Shown: positions 9,829 through 25,300 of the stretch, piece after piece
Numbering within the stretch: position 1 is the stretch's first letter
Layout: each line of letters begins with the position of its first letter
Origin: Auanema rhodensis
Lineage: Eukaryota > Animalia > Nematoda
Reading direction: 5' to 3'
DNA length: 64,000 bases
Assembly: GCA_964057225.1 (NCBI GenBank)
Contig: OZ059898.1
Location: 1,612,001-1,676,000 of the forward strand
Notes under the pieces: model-generated
The model's database searches: none
Seen by the model: only the letters and a program-made list of their open reading frames with translations
Told to the model about the DNA's origin: nothing
Position numbers and translations under genes: made by a program

Positions 9829-12800
9829 AACATACACTAATGCATCATTTTTCAAACGATCATAACTAATTTTTGTATTAAGCGTTTCTCAATGTAGTAT
9901 AGTGCATTCGATGCGGATTTTTAAGCTGCGTCGATCTGTGTTATCAGATTTGCGCTAGCTTAAAAATGCACCGAGATATCAACTGATATAAGTTCACACT
10001 TATATCCTCGATTTTCACCCTGAAGATTTAATTTTTTCGTTGAATAACATTGTCCATCGTCTTTGCCTTGAAAAATGGAATCTAAAAACATCTACTTTTT
10101 GCTAAATTATTTTGAAATTTTTCGAAAACATTTTTGTCAAAATGTTTTTGGAAGCAATGTTGAGTGTACATGGAAACTCAACATACACTAATGCATCATT
10201 TTTCAAACGATCATAACTAATTTTTGTATTAAGCGTTTCTCAATGTAGTATAGTGCATTCGATGCGGATTTTTAAGCTGCGTCGATCTGTGTTATCAGAT
10301 TTGCGCTAGCTTAAAAATGCACCGAGATATCAACTGATATAAGTTCACACTTATATCCTCGATTTTCACCCTGAAGATTTAATTTTTTCGTTGAATAACA
10401 TTGTCCATCGTCTTTGCCTTGAAAAATGGAATCTAAAAACATCTACTTTTTGCTAAATTATTTTGAAATTTTTCGAAAAAATTTTTGTCAAAATGTTTTT
10501 GGAAGCAATGTTGAGTGTACATGGAAACTCAACATACACTAATGCATCATTTTTCAAACGATCATAACTAATTTTTGTATTAAGCGTTTCTCAATGTAGT
10601 ATAGTGCATTCGATGCGGATTTTTAAGCTGCGTCGATCTGTGTTATCAGATTTGCGCTAGCTTAAAAATGCACCGAGATATCAACTGATATAAGTTCACA
10701 CTTATATCCTCGATTTTCACCCTGAAGATTTAATTTTTTCGTTGAATAACATTGTCCATCGTCTTTGCCTTGAAAAATGGAATCTAAAAACATCTACTTT
10801 TTGCTAAATTATTTTGAAATTTTTCGAAAAAATTTTTGTCAAAATGTTTTTGGAAGCAATGTTGAGTGTACATGGAAACTCAACATACACTAATGCATCA
10901 TTTTTCAAACGATCATAACTAATTTTTGTATTAAGCGTTTCTCAATGTAGTATAGTGCATTCAATGCGGATTTTTAAGCTGCGTCGATCTGTGTTATCAG
11001 ATTTGCGCTAGCTTAAAAATGCACCGAGATATCAACTGATATAAGTTCACACTTATATCCTCGATTTTCACCCTGAAGAATTAATTTTTTCGTTGAATAA
11101 CATTGTCCATCGTCTTTGCCTTAAAAAAAGGAATCTAAAAACATCTACTTTTTGCTAAATTATTTTGAAATTTTTCGAAAAAATTTTTGTCAAAATGTTT
11201 TTGGAAGCAATGTTGAGTGTACATGGAAACTCAACATACACTAATGCATCATTTTTCAAACGATCATAACTAATTTTTGTATTAAGCGTTTCTCAATGTA
11301 GTATAGTGCATTCGATGCGGATTTTCAAGCTGCGTCGATCTGTGTTATCAGATTTGCGCTAGCTTAAAAATGCACCGAGATATCAACTGATATAAGTTCA
11401 CACTTATATCCTCGATTTTCACCCTGAAGATTTAATTTTTTCGTTGAATAACATTGTCCATCGTCTTTGCCTTGAAAAATGGAATCTAAAAACATCTACT
11501 TTTTGCTAAATTATTTTGAAATTTTTCGAAAAAATTTTTGTCAAAATGTTTTTGGAAGCAATGTTGAGTGTACATGGAAACTCAACATACACTAATGCAT
11601 CATTTTTCAAACGATCATAACTAATTTTTGTATTAAGCGTTTCTCAATGTAGTATAGTGCATTCGATGCGGATTTTTAAGCTGCGTCGATCTGTGTTATC
11701 AGATTTGCGCTAGCTTAAAAATGCACCGAGATATCAACTGATATAAGTTCACACTTATATCCTCGATTTTCACCCTGAAGATTTAATTTTTTCGTTGAAT
11801 AACATTGTCCATCGTCTTTGCCTTGAAAAATGGAATCTAAAAACATCTACTTTTTGCTAAATTATTTTGAAATTTTTCGAAAACATTTTTGTCAAAATGT
11901 TTTTGGAAGCAATGTTGAGTGTACATGGAAACTCAACATACACTAATGCATCATTTTTCAAACGATCATAACTAATTTTTGTATTAAGCGTTTCTCAATG
12001 TAGTATAGTGCATTCGATGCGGATTTTTAAGCTGCGTCGATCTGTGTTATCAGATTTGCGCTAGCTTAAAAATGCACCGAGATATCAACTGATATAAGTT
12101 CACACTTATATCCTCGATTTTCACCCTGAAGATTTAATTTTTTCGTTGAATAACATTGTCCATCGTCTTTGCCTTGAAAAATGGAATCTAAAAACATCTA
12201 CTTTTTGCTAAATTATTTTGAAATTTTTCGAAAAAATTTTTGTCAAAATGTTTTTGGAAGCAATGTTGAGTGTACATGGAAACTCAACATACACTAATGC
12301 ATCATTTTTCAAACGATCATAACTAATTTTTGTATTAAGCGTTTCTCAATGTAGTATAGTGCATTCGATGCGGATTTTTAAGCTGCGTCGATCTGTGTTA
12401 TCAGATTTGCGCTAGCTTAAAAATGCACCGAGATATCAACTGATATAAGTTCACACTTATATCCTCGATTTTCACCCTGAAGATTTAATTTTTTCGTTGA
12501 ATAACATTGTCCATCGTCTTTGCCTTGAAAAATGGAATCTAAAAACATCTACTTTTTGCTAAATTATTTTGAAATTTTTCGAAAAAATTTTTGTCAAAAT
12601 GTTTTTGGAAGCAATGTTGAGTGTACATGGAAACTCAACATACACTAATGCATCATTTTTCAAACGATCATAACTAATTTTTGTATTAAGCGTTTCTCAA
12701 TGTAGTATAGTGCATTCAATGCGGATTTTTAAGCTGCGTCGATCTGTGTTATCAGATTTGCGCTAGCTTAAAAATGCACCGAGATATCAACTGATATAAG

Positions 12801-13338
12801 TTCACACTTATATCCTCGATTTTCACCCTGAAGAATTAATTTTTTCGTTGAATAACATTGTCCATCGTCTTTGCCTTAAAAAAAGGAATCTAAAAACATC
12901 TACTTTTTGCTAAATTATTTTGAAATTTTTCGAAAAAATTTTTGTCAAAATGTTTTTGGAAGCAATGTTGAGTGTACATGGAAACTCAACATACACTAAT
13001 GCATCATTTTTCAAACGATCATAACTAATTTTTGTATTAAGCGTTTCTCAATGTAGTATAGTGCATTCGATGCGGATTTTCAAGCTGCGTCGATCTGTGT
13101 TATCAGATTTGCGCTAGCTTAAAAATGCACCGAGATATCAACTGATATAAGTTCACACTTATATCCTCGATTTTCACCCTGAAGATTTAATTTTTTCGTT
13201 GAATAACATTGTCCATCGTCTTTGCCTTGAAAAATGGAATCTAAAAACATCTACTTTTTGCTAAATTATTTTGAAATTTTTCGAAAAAATTTTTGTCAAA
13301 ATGTTTTTGGAAGCAATGTTGTGTGTACATGGAAACTC
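9829..13338. repeat. Higher-order repeat: 5-monomer unit (1755 bp) x2
   Basis: A301C at 10129/11884, G82A at 10963/12718 (with G242A in the same monomers), T94C at 11326/13081. All pairs are offset by 1755 bp. Confidence 0.9.
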
Positions 13339-16300
13339 AACATACACTAATGCATCATTTTTCAAACGATCATAACTAATTTTTGTATTAAGCGTTTCTC
13401 AATGTAGTATAGTGCATTCGATGCGGATTTTTAAGCTGCGTCGATCTGTGTTATCAGATTTGCGCTAGCTTAAAAATGCACCGAGATATCAACTGATATA
13501 AGTTCACACTTATATCCTCGATTTTGACCCTGAAGAATTAATTTTTTCGTTGAATAACATTGTCCATCGTCTTCGCCTTAAAAAAAGGAATCTAAAAACA
13601 TCTACTTTTTGCTAAATTATTTTGAAATTTTTCGAAAAAATTTTTGTCAAAATGTTTTTGGAAGCAATGTTGAGTGTACATGGAAACTCAACATACACTA
13701 ATGCATCATTTTTCAAACGATCATAACTAATTTTTGTATTAAGCGTTTCTCAATGTAGTATAGTGCATTCGATGCGGATTTTTAAGCTGCGTCGATCTGT
13801 GTTATCAGATTTGCGCTAGCTTAAAAATGCACCGAGATATCAACTGATATAAGTTCACACTTATATCCTCGATTTTCACCCTGAAGATTTAATTTTTTCG
13901 TTGAATAACAATGTCCATCGTCTTTGCCTTGAAAAATGGAATCTAAAAACATCTACTTTTTGCTAAATTATTTTGAAATTTTTCGAAAAAATTTTTGTCA
14001 AAATGTTTTTGGAAGCAATGTTGAGTGTACATGGAAACTCAACATACACTAATGCATCATTTTTCAAACGATCATAACTAATTTTTGTATTAAGCGTTTC
14101 TCAATGTAGTATAGTGCATTCGATGCGGATTTTTAAGCTGCGTCGATCTGTGTTATCAGATTTGCGCTAGCTTAAAAATGCACCGAGATATCAACTGATA
14201 TAAGTTCACACTTATATCCTCGATTTTCACCCTGAAGATTTAATTTTTTCGTTGAATAACATTGTCCATCGTCTTTGCCTTGAAAAATGGAATCTAAAAA
14301 CATCTACTTTTTGCTAAATTATTTTGAAATTTTTCGAAAAAATTTTTGTCAAAATGTTTTTGGAAGCAATGTTGAGTGTACATGGAAACTCAACATACAC
14401 TAATGCATCATTTTTCAAACGATCATAACTAATTTTTGTATTAAGCGTTTCTCAATGTAGTATAGTGCATTCGATGCGGATTTTTAAGCTGCGTCGATCT
14501 GTGTTATCAGATTTGCGCTAGCTTAAAAATGCACCGAGATATCAACTGATATAAGTTCACACTTATATCCTCGATTTTCACCCTGAAGAATTAATTTTTT
14601 CGTTGAATAACATTGTCCATCGTCTTTGCCTTGAAAAAAGGAATCTAAAAACATCTACTTTTTGCTAAATTATTTTGAAATTTTTCGAAAAAAGTTTTGT
14701 CAAAATGTTTTTGGAAGCAATGTTGAGTGTACATGGAAACTCAACATACACTAATGCATCATTTTTCAAACGATCATAACTAATTTTTGTATTAAGCGTT
14801 TCTCAATGTAGTATAGTGCATTCGATGCGGATTTTTAAGCTGCGTCGATCTGTGTTATCAGATTTGCGCTAGCTTAAAAATGCACCGAGATATCAACTGA
14901 TATAAGTTCACACTTATATCCTCGATTTTCACCCTGAAGAATTAATTTTTTCGTTGAATAACATTGTCCATCGTCTTTGCCTTGAAAAAAGGAATCTAAA
15001 AACATCTACTTTTTGCTAAATTATTTTGAAATTTTTCGAAAAAATTTTTGTCAAAATGTTTTTGGAAGCAATGTTGAGTGTACATGGAAACTCAACATAC
15101 ACTAATGCATCATTTTTCAAACGATCATAACTAATTTTTGTATTAAGCGTTTCTCAATGTAGTATAGTGCATTCGATGCGGATTTTTAAGCTGCGTCGAT
15201 CTGTGTTATCAGATTTGCGCTAGCTTAAAAATGCACCGAGATATCAACTGATATAAGTTCACACTTATATCCTCGATTTTCACCCTGAAGATTTAATTTT
15301 TTCGTTGAATAACATTGTCCATCGTCTTTGCCTTGAAAAATGGAATCTAAAAACATCTACTTTTTGCTAAATTATTTTGAAATTTTTCGAAAAAATTTTT
15401 GTCAAAATGTTTTTGGAAGCAATGTTGAGTGTACATGGAAACTCAACATACACTAATGCATCATTTTTCAAACGATCATAACTAATTTTTGTATTAAGCG
15501 TTTCTCAATGTAGTATAGTGCATTCGATGCGGATTTTTAAGCTGCGTCGATCTGTGTTATCAGATTTGCGCTAGCTTAAAAATGCACCGAGATATCAACT
15601 GATATAAGTTCACACTTATATCCTCGATTTTCACCCTGAAGAATTAATTTTTTCGTTGAATAACATTGTCCATCGTTTTTGCCTTGAAAAAAGGAATCTA
15701 AAAACATCTACTTTTTGCTAAATTATTTTGAAATTTTTCGAAAAAATTTTTGTCAAAATGTTTTTGGAAGCAATGTTGAGTGTACATGGAAACTCAACAT
15801 ACACTAATGCATCATTTTTCAAACGATCATAACTAATTTTTGTATTAAGCGTTTCTCAATGTAGTATAGTGCATTCGATGCGGATTTTTAAGCTGCGTCG
15901 ATCTGTGTTATCAGATTTGCGCTAGCTTAAAAATGCACCGAGATATCAACTGATATAAGTTCACACTTATATCCTCGATTTTCACCCTGAAGAATTAATT
16001 TTTTCGTTGAATAACATTGTCCATCGTTTTTGCCTTGAAAAAAGGAATCTAAAAACATCTACTTTTTGCTAAATTATTTTGAAATTGTTCGAAAAAATTT
16101 TTGTCAAAATGTTTTTGGAAGCAATGTTGAGTGTACATGGAAACTCAACATACACTAATGCATCATTTTTCAAACGATCATAACTAATTTTTGTATTAAG
16201 CGTTTCTCAATGTAGTATAGTGCATTCGATGCGGATTTTTAAGCTGCGTCGATCTGTGTTATCAGATTTGCGCTAGCTTAAAAATGCACCGAGATATCAA

Positions 16301-19300
16301 CTGATATAAGTTCACACTTATATCCTCGATTTTCACCCTGAAGATTTAATTTTTTCGTTGAATAACATTGTCCATCGTCTTTGCCTTGAAAAATGGAATC
16401 TAAAAACATCTACTTTTTGCTAAATTATTTTGAAATTTTTCGAAAAAATTTTTGTCAAAATGTTTTTGGAAGCAATGTTGAGTGTACATGGAAACTCAAC
16501 ATACACTAATGCATCATTTTTCAAACGATCATAACTAATTTTTGTATTAAGCGTTTCTCAATGTAGTATAGTGCATTCGATGCGGATTTTTAAGCTGCGT
16601 CGATCTGTGTTATCAGATTTGCGCTAGCTTAGAAATGCACCGAGATATCAACTGATATAAGTTCACACATATCCTCGATTTTCACCCTGAAGAATTAATT
16701 TTTTCGTTGAATAACATTGTCCATCGTTTTTGCCTTGAAAAAAGGAATCTAAAAACATCTACTTTTTGCTAAATTATTTTGAAATTTTTCGAAAAAATTT
16801 TTGTCAAAATGTTTTTGGAAGCAATGTTGAGTGTACATGGAAACTCAACATACACTAATGCATCATTTTTCAAACGATCATAACTAATTTTTGTATTAAG
16901 CGTTTCTCAATGTAGTATAGTGCATTCGATGCGGATTTTTAAGCTGCGTCGATCTGTGTTATCAGATTTGCGCTAGCTTAAAAATGCACCGAGATATCAA
17001 CTGATATAAGTTCACACTTATATCCTCGATTTTCACCCTGAAGAATTAATTTTTTCGTTGAATAACATTGTCCATCGTTTTTGCCTTGAAAAAAGGAATC
17101 TAAAAACATCTACTTTTTGCTAAATTATTTTGAAATTGTTCGAAAAAATTTTTGTCAAAATGTTTTTGGAAGCAATGTTGAGTGTACATGGAAACTCAAC
17201 ATACACTAATGCATCATTTTTCAAACGATCATAACTAATTTTTGTATTAAGCGTTTCTCAATGTAGTATAGTGCATTCGATGCGGATTTTTAAGCTGCGT
17301 CGATCTGTGTTATCAGATTTGCGCTAGCTTAAAAATGCACCGAGATATCAACTGATATAAGTTCACACTTATATCCTCGATTTTCACCCTGAAGATTTAA
17401 TTTTTTCGTTGAATAACATTGTCCATCGTCTTTGCCTTGAAAAATGGAATCTAAAAACATCTACTTTTTGCTAAATTATTTTGAAATTTTTCGAAAAAAT
17501 TTTTGTCAAAATGTTTTTGGAAGCAATGTTGAGTGTACATGGAAACTCAACATACACTAATGCATCATTTTTCAAACGATCATAACTAATTTTTGTATTA
17601 AGCGTTTCTCAATGTAGTATAGTGCATTCGATGCGGATTTTTAAGCTGCGTCGATCTGTGTTATCAGATTTGCGCTAGCTTAAAAATGCACCGAGATATC
17701 AACTGATATAAGTTCACACTTATATCCTCGATTTTCACCCTGAAGAATTAATTTTTTCGTTGAATAACATTGTCCATCGTCTTTGCCTTGAAAAAAGGAA
17801 TCTAAAAACATCTACTTTTTGCTAAATTATTTTGAAATTTTTCGAAAAAAGTTTTGTCAAAATGTTTTTGGAAGCAATGTTGAGTGTACATGGAAACTCA
17901 ACATACACTAATGCATCATTTTTCAAACGATCATAACTAATTTTTGTATTAAGCGTTTCTCAATGTAGTATAGTGCATTCGATGCGGATTTTTAAGCTGC
18001 GTCGATCTGTGTTATCAGATTTGCGCTAGCTTAAAAATGCACCGAGATATCAACTGATATAAGTTCACACTTATATCCTCGATTTTCACCCTGAAGATTT
18101 AATTTTTTCGTTGAATAACATTGTCCATCGTCTTTGCCTTGAAAAATGGAATCTAAAAACATCTACTTTTTGCTAAATTATTTTGAAATTTTTCGAAAAA
18201 ATTTTTGTCAAAATGTTTTTGGAAGCAATGTTGAGTGTACATGGAAACTCAACATACACTAATGCATCATTTTTCAAACGATCATAACTAATTTTTGTAT
18301 TAAGCGTTTCTCAATGTAGTATAGTGCATTCGATGCGGATTTTTAAGCTGCGTCGATCTGTGTTATCAGATTTGCGCTAGCTTAAAAATGCACCGAGATA
18401 TCAACTGATATAAGTTCACACTTATATCCTCGATTTTCACCCTGAAGAATTAATTTTTTCGTTGAATAACATTGTCCATCGTCTTTGCCTTGAAAAAAGG
18501 AATCTAAAAACATCTACTTTTTGCTAAATTATTTTGAAATTTTTCGAAAAAAGTTTTGTCAAAATGTTTTTGGAAGCAATGTTGAGTGTACATGGAAACT
18601 CAACATACACTAATGCATCATTTTTCAAACGATCATAACTAATTTTTGTATTAAGCGTTTCTCAATGTAGTATAGTGCATTCGATGCGGATTTTTAAGCT
18701 GCGTCGATCTGTGTTATCAGATTTGCGCTAGCTTAAAAATGCACCGAGATATCAACTGATATAAGTTCACACTTATATCCTCGATTTTCACCCTGAAGAA
18801 TTAATTTTTTCGTTGAATAACATTGTCCATCGTTTTTGCCTTGAAAAAAGGAATCTAAAAACATCTACTTTTTGCTAAATTATTTTGAAATTTTTCGAAA
18901 AAATTTTTGTCAAAATGTTTTTGGAAGCAATGTTGAGTGTACATGGAAACTCAACATACACTAATGCATCATTTTTCAAACGATCATAACTAATTTTTGT
19001 ATTAAGCGTTTCTCAATGTAGTATAGTGCATTCGATGCGGATTTTTAAGCTGCGTCGATCTGTGTTATCAGATTTGCGCTAGCTTAAAAATGCACCGAGA
19101 TATCAACTGATATAAGTTCACACTTATATCCTCGATTTTCACCCTGAAGAATTAATTTTTTCGTTGAATAACATTGTCCATCGTTTTTGCCTTGAAAAAA
19201 GGAATCTAAAAACATCTACTTTTTGCTAAATTATTTTGAAATTTTTCGAAAAAATTTTTGTCAAAATGTTTTTGGAAGCAATGTTGAGTGTACATGGAAA

Positions 19301-22300
19301 CTCAACATACACTAATGCATCATTTTTCAAACGATCATAACTAATTTTTGTATTAAGCGTTTCTCAATGTAGTATAGTGCATTCGATGCGGATTTTTAAG
19401 CTGCGTCGATCTGTGTTATCAGATTTGCGCTAGCTTAAAAATGCACCGAGATATCAACTGATATAAGTTCACACTTATATCCTCGATTTTCACCCTGAAG
19501 AATTAATTTTTTCGTTGAATAACATTGTCCATCGTTTTTGCCTTGAAAAAAGGAATCTAAAAACATCTACTTTTTGCTAAATTATTTTGAAATTTTTCGA
19601 AAAAATTTTTGTCAAAATGTTTTTGGAAGCAATGTTGAGTGTACATGGAAACTCAACTTACACTAATGCATCATTTTTCAAACGATCATAACTAATTTTT
19701 GTATTAAGCGTTTCTCAATGTAGTATAGTGCATTCGATGCGGATTTTTAAGCTGCGTCGATCTGTGTTATCAGATTTGCGCTAGCTTAAAAATGCACCGA
19801 GATATCAACTGATATAAGTTCACACTTATATCCTCGATTTTCACCCTGAAGAATTAATTTTTTCGTTGAATAACATTGTCCATCGTTTTTGCCTTGAAAA
19901 AAGGAATCTAAAAACATCTACTTTTTGCTAAATTATTTTGAAATTTTTCGAAAAAATTTTTGTCAAAATGTTTTTGGAAGCAATGTTGAGTGTACATGGA
20001 AACTCAACATACACTAATGCATCATTTTTCAAACGATCATAACTAATTTTTGTATTAAGCGTTTCTCAATGTAGTATAGTGCATTCGATGCGGATTTTTA
20101 AGCTGCGTCGATCTGTGTTATCAGATTTGCGCTAGCTTAAAAATGCACCGAGATATCAACTGATATAAGTTCACACTTATATCCTCGATTTTCACCCTGA
20201 AGAATTAATTTTTTCGTTGAATAACATTGTCCATCGTTTTTGCCTTGAAAAAAGGAATCTAAAAACATCTACTTTTTGCTAAACTATTTTGAAATTTTTC
20301 GAAAAAATTTTTGTCAAAATGTTTTTGGAAGCAATGTTGAGTGTACATGGAAACTCAACATACACTAATGCATCATTTTTCAAACGATCATAACTAATTT
20401 TTGTATTAAGCGTTTCTCAATGTAGTATAGTGCATTCGATGCGGATTTTTAAGCTGCGTCGATCTGTGTTATCAGATTTGCGCTAGCTTAAAAATGCACC
20501 GAGATATCAACTGATATAAGTTCACACTTATATCCTCGATTTTCACCCTGAAGAATTAATTTTTTCGTTGAATAACATTGTCCATCGTTTTTGCCTTGAA
20601 AAAAGGAATCTAAAAACATCTACTTTTTGCTAAATTATTTTGAAATTTTTCGAAAAAATTTTTGTCAAAATGTTTTTGGAAGCAATGTTGAGTGTACATG
20701 GAAACTCAACTTACACTAATGCATCATTTTTCAAACGATCATAACTAATTTTTGTATTAAGCGTTTCTCAATGTAGTATAGTGCATTCGATGCGGATTTT
20801 TAAGCTGCGTCGATCTGTGTTATCAGATTTGCGCTAGCTTAAAAATGCACCGAGATATCAACTGATATAAGTTCACACTTATATCCTCGATTTTCACCCT
20901 GAAGAATTAATTTTTTCGTTGAATAACATTGTCCATCGTTTTTGCCTTGAAAAAAGGAATCTAAAAACATCTACTTTTTGCTAAATTATTTTGAAATTTT
21001 TCGAAAAAATTTTTGTCAAAATGTTTTTGGAAGCAATGTTGAGTGTACATGGAAACTCAACATACACTAATGCATCATTTTTCAAACGATCATAACTAAT
21101 TTTTGTATTAAGCGTTTCTCAATGTAGTATAGTGCATTCGATGCGGATTTTTAAGCTGCGTCGATCTGTGTTATCAGATTTGCGCTAGCTTAAAAATGCA
21201 CCGAGATATCAACTGATATAAGTTCACACTTATATCCTCGATTTTCACCCTGAAGATTTAATTTTTTCGTTGAATAACATTGTCCATCGTCTTTGCCTTG
21301 AAAAATGGAATCTAAAAACATCTACTTTTTGCTAAATTATTTTGAAATTTTTCGAAAAAATTTTTGTCAAAATGTTTTTGGAAGCAATGTTGAGTGTACA
21401 TGGAAACTCAACATACACTAATGCATCATTTTTCAAACGATCATAACTAATTTTTGTATTAAGCGTTTCTCAATGTAGTATAGTGCATTCGATGCGGATT
21501 TTTAAGCTGCGTCGATCTGTGTTATCAGATTTGCGCTAGCTTAAAAATGCACCGAGATATCAACTGATATAAGTTCACACTTATATCCTCGATTTTCACC
21601 CTGAAGAATTAATTTTTTCGTTGAATAACATTGTCCATCGTTTTTGCCTTGAAAAAAGGAATCTAAAAACATCTACTTTTTGCTAAATTATTTTGAAATT
21701 TTTCGAAAAAATTTTTGTCAAAATGTTTTTGGAAGCAATGTTGAGTGTACATGGAAACTCAACATACACTAATGCATCATTTTTCAAACGATCATAACTA
21801 ATTTTTGTATTAAGCGTTTCTCAATGTAGTATAGTGCATTCGATGCGGATTTTTAAGCTGCGTCGATCTGTGTTATCAGATTTGCGCTAGCTTAAAAATG
21901 CACCGAGATATCAACTGATATAAGTTCACACTTATATCCTCGATTTTCACCCTGAAGAATTAATTTTTTCGTTGAATAACATTGTCCATCGTTTTTGCCT
22001 TGAAAAAAGGAATCTAAAAACATCTACTTTTTGCTAAATTATTTTGAAATTTTTCGAAAAAATTTTTGTCAAAATGTTTTTGGAAGCAATGTTGAGTGTA
22101 CATGGAAACTCAACATACACTAATGCATCATTTTTCAAACGATCATAACTAATTTTTATATTAAGCGTTTCTCAAAGTAGTATAGTGCATTCGATGCGGA
22201 TTTTTAAGCTGCGTCGATCTGTGTTATCAGATTTGCGCTAGCTTAAAAATACACCGAGATATCAACTGATATAAGTTCACACTTATATCCTCGATTTTCA

Positions 22301-25300
22301 CCCTGAAGAATTAATTTTTTCGTTGAATAACATTGTCCATCGTTTTTGCCTTGAAAAAAGGAATCTAAAAACATCTACTTTTTGCTAAATTATTTTGAAA
22401 TTTTTCGAAAAAATTTTTGTCAAAATGTTTTTGGAAGCAATGTTGAGTGTACATGGAAACTCAACTTACACTAATGCATCATTTTTCAAACGATCATAAC
22501 TAATTTTTGTATTAAGCGTTTCTCAATGTAGTATAGTGCATTCGATGCGGATTTTTAAGCTGCGTCGATCTGTGTTATCAGATTTGCGCTAGCTTAAAAA
22601 TGCACCGAGATATCAACTGATATAAGTTCACACTTATATCCTCGATTTTCACCCTGAAGAATTAATTTTTTCGTTGAATAACATTGTCCATCGTTTTTGC
22701 CTTGAAAAAAGGAATCTAAAAACATCTACTTTTTGCTAAATTATTTTGAAATTTTTCGAAAAAATTTTTGTCAAAATGTTTTTGGAAGCAATGTTGAGTG
22801 TACATGGAAACTCAACATACACTAATGCATCATTTTTCAAACGATCATAACTAATTTTTGTATTAAGCGTTTCTCAATGTAGTATAGTGCATTCGATGCG
22901 GATTTTTAAGCTGCGTCGATCTGTGTTATCAGATTTGCGCTAGCTTAAAAATGCACCGAGATATCAACTGATATAAGTTCACACTTATATCCTCGATTTT
23001 CACCCTGAAGATTTAATTTTTTCGTTGAATAACATTGTCCATCGTCTTTGCCTTGAAAAATGGAATCTAAAAACATCTACTTTTTGCTAAATTATTTTGA
23101 AATTTTTCGAAAAAATTTTTGTCAAAATGTTTTTGGAAGCAATGTTGAGTGTACATGGAAACTCAACATACACTAATGCATCATTTTTCAAACGATCATA
23201 ACTAATTTTTGTATTAAGCGTTTCTCAATGTAGTATAGTGCATTCGATGCGGATTTTTAAGCTGCGTCGATCTGTGTTATCAGATTTGCGCTAGCTTAAA
23301 AATGCACCGAGATATCAACTGATATAAGTTCACACTTATATCCTCGATTTTCACCCTGAAGAATTAATTTTTTCGTTGAATAACTTTGTCCATCGTTTTT
23401 GCCTTGAAAAAAGGAATCTAAAAACATCTACTTTTTGCTAAATTATTTTGAAATTTTTCGAAAAAATTTTTGTCAAAATGTTTTTGGAAGCAATGTTGAG
23501 TGTACATGGAAACTCAACATACACTAATGCATCATTTTTCAAACGATCATAACTAATTTTTGTATTAAGCGTTTCTCAATGTAGTATAGTGCATTCGATG
23601 CGGATTTTTAAGCTGCGTCGATCTGTGTTATCAGATTTGCGCTAGCTTAAAAATGCACCGAGATATCAACTGATATAAGTTCACACTTATATCCTCGATT
23701 TTCACCCTGAAGAATTAATTTTTTCGTTGAATAACATTGTCCATCGTTTTTGCCTTGAAAAAAGGAATCTAAAAACATCTACTTTTTGCTAAATTATTTT
23801 GAAATTTTTCGAAAAAATTTTTGTCAAAATGTTTTTGGAAGCAATGTTGAGTGTACATGGAAACTCAACATACACTAATGCATCATTTTTCAAACGATCA
23901 TAACTAATTTTTATATTAAGCGTTTCTCAATGTAGTATAGTGCATTCGATGCGGATTTTTAAGCTGCGTCGATCTGTGTTATCAGATTTGCGCTAGCTTA
24001 AAAATACACCGAGATATCAACTGATATAAGTTCACACTTATATCCTCGATTTTCACCCTGAAGAATTAATTTTTTCGTTGAATAACATTGTCCATCGTTT
24101 TTGCCTTGAAAAAAGGAATCTAAAAACATCTACTTTTTGCTAAATTATTTTGAAATTTTTCGAAAAAATTTTTGTCAAAATGTTTTTGGAAGCAATGTTG
24201 AGTGTACATGGAAACTCAACATACACTAATGCATCATTTTTCAAACGATCATAACTAATTTTTGTATTAAGCGTTTCTCAATGTAGTATAGTGCATTCGA
24301 TGCGGATTTTTAAGCTGCGTCGATCTGTGTTATCAGATTTGCGCTAGCTTAAAAATGCACCGAGATATCAACTGATATAAGTTCACACTTATATCCTCGA
24401 TTTTCACCCTGAAGATTTAATTTTTTCGTTGAATAACATTGTCCATCGTCTTTGCCTTGAAAAATGGAATCTAAAAACATCTACTTTTTGCTAAATTATT
24501 TTGAAATTTTTCGAAAAAATTTTTGTCAAAATGTTTTTGGAAGCAATGTTGAGTGTACATGGAAACTCAACATACACTAATGCATCATTTTTCAAACGAT
24601 CATAACTAATTTTTGTATTAAGCGTTTCTCAATGTAGTATAGTGCATTCGATGCGGATTTTTAAGCTGCGTCGATCTGTGTTATCAGATTTGCGCTAGCT
24701 TAAAAATGCACCGAGATATCAACTGATATAAGTTCACACTTATATCCTCGATTTTCACCCTGAAGAATTAATTTTTTCGTTGAATAACATTGTCCATCGT
24801 TTTTGCCTTGAAAAAAGGAATCTAAAAACATCTACTTTTTGCTAAATTATTTTGAAATTTTTCGAAAACATTTTTGTCAAAATGTTTTTGGAAGCAATGT
24901 TGAGTGTACATGGAAACTCAACATACACTAATGCATCATTTTTCAAACGATCATAACTAATTTTTGTATTAAGCGTTTCTCAATGTAGTATAGTGCATTC
25001 GATGCGGATTTTTAAGCTGCGTCGATCTGTGTTATCAGATTTGCGCTAGCTTAAAAATGCACCGAGATATCAACTGATATAAGTTCACACTTATATCCTC
25101 GATTTTCACCCTGAAGAATTAATTTTTTCGTTGAATAACATTGTCCATCGTTTTTGCCTTGAAAAAAGGAATCTAAAAACATCTACTTTTTGCTAAATTA
25201 TTTTGAAATTTTTCGAAAAAATTTTTGTCAAAATGTTTTTGGAAGCAATGTTGAGTGTACATGGAAACTCAACATACACTAATGCATCATTTTTCAAACG

